In this document: positions 28,012 to 34,738 of the stretch, in pieces
Position numbering within the stretch: the first letter of the stretch is position 1
Layout of the letters: each line of letters opens with the position of its first letter
Assembly: GCA_018238625.1 (NCBI GenBank)
Contig: JABCSY010000039.1
Location: 1 to 34,738 of the forward strand
Length of the DNA stretch: 34,738 nt
Direction: 5' to 3'
Origin: Promethearchaeota archaeon
GTDB lineage: Archaea > Asgardarchaeota > Lokiarchaeia > Sigyniarchaeales > SOKP01
The notes under the pieces: model-generated
The model's database searches: none
Told to the model about the DNA's origin: nothing
What the model saw: only the letters and a program-made list of their open reading frames with translations
Translations under genes and position numbers: made by a program

Positions 28012-28049
28012 GCTCAAATAAAGCCTTATTACAAGAAACATGTATTCGT
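28012..28049 (+). repeat. 38-bp element, copy 2 (GCTCAAATAAAGCCTTATTACAAGAAACATGTATTCGT)
   Basis: Inverted match to 25513-25550; ends 89 nt upstream of the 28139 gene. Confidence 0.85.
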
Positions 28050-28138
28050 ACCATATCTTACTGTAATCGTATCTGCAAAATCCGTGAGTATATTTAAAAT
28101 AAAAAGATATATATAGCCTATTATAGTATTTTTAATTA

Positions 28139-28603
28139 ATGTCTCAATCGTATAAAGATTTTTTAAAAAAATATAATATTGACGATTTTAAAACGAAATT
28201 ACAGCTTACTGGACGCACAAAAATAGATTTCTATAACGATATTGACAAATTATTAAGGAGCATGTGCACAATTTTCGATAAACTATCAAATATTGCGCCG
28301 ATGAGGGGCGCACAGGTATTAATGGGGTTAGCAAAATTGCATGGAACTAACAACGTTATAAATAAAACGGATGTCAAAAATTGTCTAAATATTGATAGAT
28401 TAGAGAAATTAAAATATGCTTTTGATTATTTGGAAAAAGCCGGTTATATTACGATTGAGAAAAAAACAGAAAAATTTCATATTGTAAAATTAAACGAAGA
28501 AGATAATCCAGACTTGACAGTATTTAAGGAGATCGTTCAGAAATACTGGAAATCCCCTCAAGAAGAAGTAAAACAAGCGAAGAAGTGGAGTGAAGAAAAA
28601 TGA
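28139..28603 (+). CDS. Winged-helix DNA-binding protein (putative)
   Basis: INKTDVKNCLNIDRLEKLKYAFDYLEKAGYITIEK...HIVKLN fits HTH plus wing. Confidence 0.75.
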   Translation: MSQSYKDFLKKYNIDDFKTKLQLTGRTKIDFYNDIDKLLRSMCTIFDKLSNIAPMRGAQVLMGLAKLHGTNNVINKTDVKNCLNIDRLEKLKYAFDYLEKAGYITIEKKTEKFHIVKLNEEDNPDLTVFKEIVQKYWKSPQEEVKQAKKWSEEK

Positions 28604-29601
28604 GAAATTCTTTGAAAAGCGTAGTAGAGCTGAATTTTGAGGATGAACAAGGTTTTAAAGATTCCATAAAGACAATAAGATCAGAATACATTAAAAAAGC
28701 GCTAAAATCTATTGTATATATTGCTATAGTTTTATCCGTGGCGCTTAGTTATTTACTCTACTGTTATTTACCCTATATCGAGAGTAATTCTTTTAATAAT
28801 CTACTAGCTTACGAAAGTTTTAGTTTAGAAGGAAATATATTTCCATTGAATTTAACTTTAAGTTGGACGCTTTTTAGTACGTGTATTTTCTTAGTTGTAT
28901 ATTATATTCGATTAACTCAAGTAAAATTTACACCTTCTCTAATTAAGTATATCGAACGAGAAACTAAATATGCGGGATTTGAATTTACAAAGAAAATTGA
29001 AAGCGTGGGATTATTTATGATTCTAACAGCAATTTCTATCGCAATTTTATTTTATATTGATACTAAACTTATACAATTTAATGGTTCTTTTTTGAGTATT
29101 ATCTTTCAACATAGCTTTTTCGTCTATTTATTAGTAAATTTAATTCTCCCTATCATTTTCATATTTAAAAACGATAAATTTGCTATAAAAATAAAGGATA
29201 ATGTTTTCGTTCTTTGTAATCTACATTATAATTTTCGGAAAAATAAGGAATACGATCCAAATTTATTAGGAATAATTCTAACTTCAAATCGTTTGTGTTC
29301 TAAATTTGATAAATCAGGAAAATATATATATTCTAAAATATCAGGAAACCGTTGGCTGATTAGAAACGAGCCTTCCACCATATCACCATTCCTTCGTTTT
29401 GAAGAATACTCCGTCCCATTTAACTTCCAAAAGCAATTTCTAAACATTGTGTTAGCACTTAACGAATGGGAAAATAATTATATTTCAAATCTCGTTTCAT
29501 TGAATTATTATTTTTCAAACACAGTTCTAAATTATAAATATGGGACGAAACAAGATGAAAATCCAAACCAACTTATCTATTTGAAGTTCTTAAATCAATA
29601 A
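28600..29601 (+). CDS. Membrane protein (four TM) with a soluble C-terminal domain
   Basis: Four hydrophobic segments; ATGA overlap with the upstream gene implies translational coupling. Confidence 0.82.
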   Translation: MRNSLKSVVELNFEDEQGFKDSIKTIRSEYIKKALKSIVYIAIVLSVALSYLLYCYLPYIESNSFNNLLAYESFSLEGNIFPLNLTLSWTLFSTCIFLVVYYIRLTQVKFTPSLIKYIERETKYAGFEFTKKIESVGLFMILTAISIAILFYIDTKLIQFNGSFLSIIFQHSFFVYLLVNLILPIIFIFKNDKFAIKIKDNVFVLCNLHYNFRKNKEYDPNLLGIILTSNRLCSKFDKSGKYIYSKISGNRWLIRNEPSTISPFLRFEEYSVPFNFQKQFLNIVLALNEWENNYISNLVSLNYYFSNTVLNYKYGTKQDENPNQLIYLKFLNQ

Positions 29602-29669
29602 CACTATTTTTTCTGTAAAGAATTATACAAAAAGTTATGAAGAGTAAAATTATTGATGTATAATTAGAA

Positions 29670-30320
29670 TTAAATAAAATATTTTTGTTGTAGAACTGCA
29701 TACTCGTTATAATCTGTAAACTCTTCATCAACAAGCGTAGCAACTATTTCGTACAATTGTCGGAAAAGCTCTTCAGGAAAAGCTTTGTGCTCAAATGTAA
29801 TGTCACAAACTAACTCTTCTGTTAATATTTGTGAATTAATTGGCCGATTATACAGTAAAAATTTCATCATGGAAGCCTCGATTTTGGATTTTACAATATT
29901 TTTAATCATATTTAAGCTTAAATCTCGCTTAGGGTCGATAAAATAAGGAAAATTCATATCATCTAAAATTTTAATGTACCCTAAAGTAGAGGTTATTTTA
30001 TCAACGCAATATTCTAACGAGCTCATTTGAAGGGAAAACTTATCGCAAAAACCCTTTTTCTTATCGTGGGCAGGAAACGCAAACGGATGTCTTGTAACGA
30101 TATAATAAGCGGCTATGAAAAATTTATATAGATTATGGGGTATTTTTTCTTTAATTCTTAGATATCTATAGATTAATGAGACCGTGTCAAGAATGAAATC
30201 TTGATTGATGTCAAATCTTTTTAAGAATTCTTCTCCGTCCTTAATTAAATCAACTGTTATTCTATCTTTCGTGTTTATTATTTCATAATTAGCAGGATAT
30301 AATTCTAACATTTCACACAC
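29670..30320 (-). CDS. Hypothetical protein with a cyclin-box/TFB-core-like helical repeat (alternative start ATG 30311)
   Basis: DTVSLIYRYL...FFIAAYYIVTRHPFAFP...KGFCDKFSLQMSSLEYCVDKI parallels TFB repeat spacing; no Zn ribbon. Confidence 0.65.
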   Translation of the reverse strand: MCEMLELYPANYEIINTKDRITVDLIKDGEEFLKRFDINQDFILDTVSLIYRYLRIKEKIPHNLYKFFIAAYYIVTRHPFAFPAHDKKKGFCDKFSLQMSSLEYCVDKITSTLGYIKILDDMNFPYFIDPKRDLSLNMIKNIVKSKIEASMMKFLLYNRPINSQILTEELVCDITFEHKAFPEELFRQLYEIVATLVDEEFTDYNEYAVLQQKYFI

Positions 30321-30404
30321 GCAACCTTAACATTTACATTTTTTTCAAAGAAATATCTAAATATCACTTCGATAATATACAAATAACACTTGAATTATTT
30401 AAAT

Positions 30405-30423
30405 GTGATGCAACTTGCATCAC
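30405..30423. promoter_or_regulatory. Perfect palindrome GTGATGCAA-C-TTGCATCAC, candidate operator between divergent genes
   Basis: 9-bp perfect arms, abutting TTTAAAT (30398-30404) and overlapping an 11-bp direct repeat ATCACTTCGAT (30363-30373, 30419-30429). Confidence 0.75.
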
Positions 30424-30499
30424 TTCGATGCATTTTTCACAATATTTAAATATGAAAACTTTTTCTTACAAATTATACTTTGTATAATTTTCGACAATA

Positions 30500-30964
30500 T
30501 TGAGATCAAAAGGTATGACGCCCGACAATAGTGAAACTAGTAAAAAGCGAATAACAGTTAATTTAGAAAATATTGACTATCAAATAATTGATGCGTTAGA
30601 GGGCGTTATTGCTAATTCTAAAGCCGCAGTCATTTATCAAATGATAAAAGAATGGATAAACCAAAATTCGGATCGGATAATGAACACATGGGAAATAGAC
30701 TTAGCTGGTATTAGGAGACAAGTAATAGCCGAAACTAAAGGTTTATCGATTAAAAAGGATTTAAAGGATTTAGATAAAGAGATAATTAATCAATTACCTG
30801 AACTTTTTGAAACAATATCGAGCATTAAAGCAATAGAATTAGCTGAAATTCTCGAAATTAATCAAAAAACGCTTCAAAGGGTAATATTCGGGCATAGAAA
30901 CGAACTTTTAAAGTTAGGTTTAAACTTAAAATATGAAGATGGTTTGATAACCAAAAAAGAATAA
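30500..30964 (+). CDS. Ribbon-helix-helix (CopG-like) regulator with a C-terminal HTH-like domain (alternative start ATG 30515)
   Basis: KKRITVNLENIDYQIIDALEG...SKAAVIYQMIKEWI is RHH-like; IKAIELAEILEINQKTLQRVI is HTH-like. Confidence 0.8.
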   Translation: MRSKGMTPDNSETSKKRITVNLENIDYQIIDALEGVIANSKAAVIYQMIKEWINQNSDRIMNTWEIDLAGIRRQVIAETKGLSIKKDLKDLDKEIINQLPELFETISSIKAIELAEILEINQKTLQRVIFGHRNELLKLGLNLKYEDGLITKKE

Positions 30965-30991
30965 AACTAAATAAAAAGAGGGATGTATTAA

Positions 30992-31180
30992 TTGAATTCT
31001 AAAAAAATTATTTACCAAGGATTTAAGAATAACAATCACAATGTAATGAAAATATCGCTTAATAATATTGACATCTATTCTGGGGAGGAAACTATACGAT
31101 TTAATAACCGACATCCCATTTACAAAACCTTAATGAAATTAGAGTTTGAAGACATTCTTCGGAGCTTTCTAAGAAAATAA
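30992..31180 (+). CDS. Small hypothetical protein (62 aa)
   Basis: TTG start with GAGGG upstream; co-oriented and closely spaced between 30500 and 31204. Confidence 0.55.
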   Translation: MNSKKIIYQGFKNNNHNVMKISLNNIDIYSGEETIRFNNRHPIYKTLMKLEFEDILRSFLRK

Positions 31181-31203
31181 TTATTAATTAAGGGAAGTCT
31201 AAA

Positions 31204-31422
31204 ATGAGCACTGAAAATATTAGAAAAGCAATTCTTAAAAGATTAGAAGAAATCTACAAGGCAGATTCAGAATTTCAATATAATCTTTCGAAAGTTGTAA
31301 TACCCTTTTCTGAATTCTTTAAAAAACCAAATTTAGTTGGCGACGAGAAAGAATCTTCAAGTGAAAGTAAAGAAGAATACAAGAAGCTATTAATGCAAGA
31401 GCTTCAAGTCAATTTGAAGTAA
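31204..31422 (+). CDS. Small hypothetical protein (72 aa)
   Basis: ATG with AAGGGA upstream; amphipathic helices at both ends. Confidence 0.7.
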   Translation: MSTENIRKAILKRLEEIYKADSEFQYNLSKVVIPFSEFFKKPNLVGDEKESSSESKEEYKKLLMQELQVNLK

Positions 31423-31630
31423 GTTAATTTTATTATATTGTTTTAAAACATTATAAAAAGAAGATTTCCTATTCATCGGGGATCTTTTCAAATCAATAAG
31501 AGCACGCTCAAATCATAAAAAAAAATATAGGTTCATTCTTATCTAAAAATTTAAAAAATCGTTATTTAATTATTATTTAATAATAAATACGAATTTTAAA
31601 ATTGTAATTAAATGATTTGAAGGTAATTTT

Positions 31631-32005
31631 ATGGCGAATGAAGAAGAAGAAGGGCAAGATAATGGTTACGCGTTAGATAAGGCAGAGTTAGAATTATTTC
31701 ACGAAGTGCTTTTCAAACGAATAATGGACGTGATGGATAAGCCAGAAGTCGATACAAATCCATTCGAGGAAATGATAAAGATTTTAAGCAGATTAAGCGA
31801 AATCTTTAGCTTTAAAAGCATGATTTCTATAATTCCTGAATTAGTAGCATATGCAGTAAGATATGGTATGATGGTAGAAGAAGCTTACGATAAAAACCCT
31901 ACTAGATTGAAGGAAGACGAACAAGGCTATAACGCAGAGAAGGAAGAAAAGAAGAGAAGGTCCTTAATAAAAAAGGATTTAGACAAACTTAGCCTATACC
32001 TATGA
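31631..32005 (+). CDS. Acidic helical hypothetical protein (124 aa)
   Basis: GAAGGT SD-like site before the ATG; purine-rich coding composition. Confidence 0.8.
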   Translation: MANEEEEGQDNGYALDKAELELFHEVLFKRIMDVMDKPEVDTNPFEEMIKILSRLSEIFSFKSMISIIPELVAYAVRYGMMVEEAYDKNPTRLKEDEQGYNAEKEEKKRRSLIKKDLDKLSLYL

Positions 32006-32178
32006 CTTATTCAGACTTATAGCTTATAGTTATAAACTAATAATTTATAATTTTTTATCTCTCTATACTTGTTCAATTTTATGCAGACTAAAAGTAACAT
32101 TTATTATTTAGTGTAGCCTAAAAGTATATTAAAACTAAGTGAATTTTTAAATTTTAATTATAATTTAGTAAGAAATCC

Positions 32179-33081
32179 GTGAAAATTTTTATGAAAGAAC
32201 TACAAACTGAAGGTCTCACTTTTTATATAGTAGATGTCTTTGCTGAATATAGATACTCGGGAAACCAGCTAGCAGTAGTTATTAGTGGAAATAAGCTCTC
32301 GGATGAAGAGATGCAATTAATAGCTAAAGAAATGAACTTTTCAGAAACAAGCTTTATTACGTCCGTCGAAAATTACGACGTTAGGATATTCACTCCTAAA
32401 GTAGAGCTACCATTCGCTGGACACCCCACGATTGGAACGGCATATGTATTGCAGCAAGAATTTATAAAATCGAAAACAAAAACGCTTTCTTTAAACTTAA
32501 AGATTGGTCAAATTGCCATATTATTTAAATACAAAGGGGAGATTACTTCTGAGATTTGGATGGAACACAAGGAGCCAACATTCAACGGTTTTTTCGCTCC
32601 CGATTTAGTAGCGAGCGTTTTGAACATAAATGAAAGCGATATTGACGGAAGATTTAGAATTCAAGGCGTTTCTACTGGGGTTCCTACGATCATTGTGCCT
32701 TTAAAGTCGTTAGATGCCGTAAAACGCGTAAAAATTGATCTCGAAAAGTATTACGCTTTAATCGAAAATACTCAAGCTAAGACCATCTTGGTATTTTGTC
32801 CCGAAACTTATAACAAAAAAAACGATTTAAATGTTCGGTACTTTGCTGATTTTTACGGTGTTCCAGAGGACCCCGCAACAGGCTCTTCAAACGGTTGTTT
32901 GGCCGCCTATTTGGTAAAACACGAATATTTTGGCAAGAAAAGGATTGATATACGCGTCGAGCAAGGCTATGAAATAGGGAGAGAATCTCTACTTCTATTA
33001 AGAGCTGAAGAAAAGGAAGGAAAATATTTTGTAGCCGTAGGCGGTAAAGCTATAATAGTAGCTAAAGGAAAATTAATGTGA
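32179..33081 (+). CDS. PhzF-family isomerase/epimerase
   Basis: VDVF, GNQLAV, EMNFSETSF, RIFTPKVELPFAGHPTIG, EDPATGS, EQG. Confidence 0.95.
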   Translation: MKIFMKELQTEGLTFYIVDVFAEYRYSGNQLAVVISGNKLSDEEMQLIAKEMNFSETSFITSVENYDVRIFTPKVELPFAGHPTIGTAYVLQQEFIKSKTKTLSLNLKIGQIAILFKYKGEITSEIWMEHKEPTFNGFFAPDLVASVLNINESDIDGRFRIQGVSTGVPTIIVPLKSLDAVKRVKIDLEKYYALIENTQAKTILVFCPETYNKKNDLNVRYFADFYGVPEDPATGSSNGCLAAYLVKHEYFGKKRIDIRVEQGYEIGRESLLLLRAEEKEGKYFVAVGGKAIIVAKGKLM

Positions 33082-33167
33082 AAGCTACTAGCTATATAAA
33101 TATTTCAGAGGATCGTTAAATCGTTAAGCTTATCTTCGCTTAGCTAAGAAAAATAAAAAAAAGTTAA

Positions 33168-33184
33168 GAGCGATTAATTCGCTC
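33168..33184. terminator. Hairpin GAGCGA-TTAAT-TCGCTC between convergent genes
   Basis: 6-bp GC-rich stem, with an A-run upstream and T-rich sequence downstream. Confidence 0.5.
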
Positions 33185-33210
33185 GTTATTTTATTGATAG
33201 TTTTTTTGCT

Positions 33211-34599
33211 CTATAAATTCTGTTCTTTTATTATCTTTTGATTCTCGGCAACTTTCTCAGGAGTTAGGTCGTACCACTTCCAAAATACGAATGTACCAAC
33301 CAAAATACATATCATTGGCACTACAGCTAAATGTATGTGAATACCTAATTTGGCAGCATCACCATATGGATCAGCAGAAAAGTTGGTGAGGACATGGGCT
33401 AATGTGAAACTTAGAGCTTGGAAAAAAATTGCTAAGCGTCCAAAAAATTGTTGGAACCCAGCATAAACGCCCTCTTGTCGTCTCTTAAGCACAACTATAG
33501 ACTCATCTACAACATCGGCTAAAACAGGGGCAATCATGGCCCAATAACCACCAATTGAAAAACCCCAAATTATCATGGCAATAATTATAGCCAATAATTC
33601 TTCAAGAAATATTAATGGTATTGTAAAAATGCCCATTAGTAATCCACAATATACCATAATCTTTTTATTATTGTTTGTCTTGTGAGCCGCCATGACCCAG
33701 AAGGGCGTTGAGATTATAGCACCTATAAGAAAACCGGCAAATATTGGAGTGGTTGCTTTTTCGCCTACGCCTAATATATTATCTACTAAATACGGAACTG
33801 AAGCGGTCATTGATTGTACTAACGTACGATATAAGGTGTATGACACAATAAAAGCAATAAAACTCTTTTGTTTCAAAGCAGCACCCAAGGATTTAAAAAA
33901 CGGAGGTCCTTTTTCTCGAGTTTCATATGTCTCTAAATATCGATCAACTGCGTCTTGGTCGTCTCTTACGCCCGGAATTGCCAAACCTATAGCTATCAAT
34001 CCAACGATAATAACAGCTCCTCCTTGAACCACATAAGTTGAAGGGAATCCTATTGTAAAAAAAAGAGGAGGCAAAATCGCACCGAGAGCTACACCTACAA
34101 GACCTACGGGTATTTGTAACCCCGTAGCAGTTCTCCGTTCTTTAACTGAACGAAACTTATCAGGGAACAGGGCTGAAAAGTTAACCCAAAAAATTGAGTT
34201 AAATGTGTCAAATAGACAAGTTGTGAAAACTAGCCATAAAAATAGTATCCAAGCGCCTGATTCAGGATTTACCGCAGGTGGCATAAAAATAAGTATATAA
34301 CTAAAAATAAAGGGAACTGCTCCCATTAGAATCCAAGGAAATCTTCGCCCCCATTTTTTCGTAAATTTAAAGGGTCTGTTAGTTAAATAGCCAACGAGAG
34401 GGTCGTTAATTGCGTTATAAACGGCAAATATAAAGAATCCTAAACCTACTAATACCACATTTAAGCCGAGTTCTATCTCGTAAAAATAAAAGGCCCAAGT
34501 ACCAAATGCCATCGCTAAAAACTCGTTCATAAAGTTTCCGAAGCCATAAGAAGCCATGTTTTTTTTTGAATGTCTTACTTCACTTGTTTCTTTTGTCAA
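33211..34599 (-). CDS. MFS transporter, GPH/MelB family (paralog of 18059-19450)
   Basis: YNAINDPLVG...KKWGRRFPWI, LADVVDE...RRQEGVYAG; about 12 TM segments. Confidence 0.95.
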   Translation of the reverse strand: MTKETSEVRHSKKNMASYGFGNFMNEFLAMAFGTWAFYFYEIELGLNVVLVGLGFFIFAVYNAINDPLVGYLTNRPFKFTKKWGRRFPWILMGAVPFIFSYILIFMPPAVNPESGAWILFLWLVFTTCLFDTFNSIFWVNFSALFPDKFRSVKERRTATGLQIPVGLVGVALGAILPPLFFTIGFPSTYVVQGGAVIIVGLIAIGLAIPGVRDDQDAVDRYLETYETREKGPPFFKSLGAALKQKSFIAFIVSYTLYRTLVQSMTASVPYLVDNILGVGEKATTPIFAGFLIGAIISTPFWVMAAHKTNNNKKIMVYCGLLMGIFTIPLIFLEELLAIIIAMIIWGFSIGGYWAMIAPVLADVVDESIVVLKRRQEGVYAGFQQFFGRLAIFFQALSFTLAHVLTNFSADPYGDAAKLGIHIHLAVVPMICILVGTFVFWKWYDLTPEKVAENQKIIKEQNL

Positions 34600-34738
34600 A
34601 TATAATCACTTAATTTGTTTTTAAATTATTATTGTTATTCTTAATATTCGTCAGTTTTCTTTTTAAAATTATAACTTTATTTCGTTTTTTTTAACTAATT
34701 TAACAATTTTTAATTGTTTTAATAATTCCAATAAAAAA

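Noticed and set aside
25513-28049. IS or transposon call for the inverted-repeat-bounded uvrD segment
   Set aside because: No transposase and no target-site duplication is visible; reported as an unexplained element instead.
27970-33355. 16-nt exact match AATACCTAATTTGGCA at 27970-27985 and 33340-33355
   Set aside because: One copy is inside a coding region, the match does not extend, and a match of this length is plausible by chance in 35 kb of AT-rich DNA.
1245-34027. Short track ORFs overlapping long genes (e.g. 1245-1499, 2657-2851, 3348-3587, 7087-7317, 8103-8339, 13511-13774, 17506-17811, 21821-22153, 33692-34027)
   Set aside because: They lie antisense or out of frame inside well-supported CDSs and show no motifs.

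Overview
An AT-rich archaeal chromosome segment with poly-T terminators and GAGGT/AGGTG ribosome-binding sites. The gene repertoire (longin-like/small-GTPase fusion, HEAT/coiled-coil protein, GPH-family MFS pair, acyl-CoA ligase, corrinoid methyltransferase) suggests an Asgard archaeon, probably Lokiarchaeia; this assignment is inference. The window has four blocks. (1) ~419-6930 is an accessory-looking stretch: an SDR gene bracketed by 34-bp perfect direct repeats, a surface NosD + permuted NlpC/P60 protein, and an 850-aa divergent GIY-YIG-like protein with C-terminal repeats. (2) 8644-16033 holds hypothetical and eukaryote-signature-like genes. (3) 16185-23703 is a catabolic cluster including a corrinoid-MtaA fusion lacking the cobalt-ligating His and an amidase interrupted by one in-frame TAA. 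(4) 24290-34599 holds trmJ, a small wHTH gene missed by the ORF track (possible ACG start), uvrD bracketed by a 38-bp inverted element, and a module of small regulators with a cyclin/TFB-fold protein and a perfect palindromic operator. I saw no tRNA, rRNA, CRISPR array or transposase. All domain calls are by-eye motif recognition, not database results.
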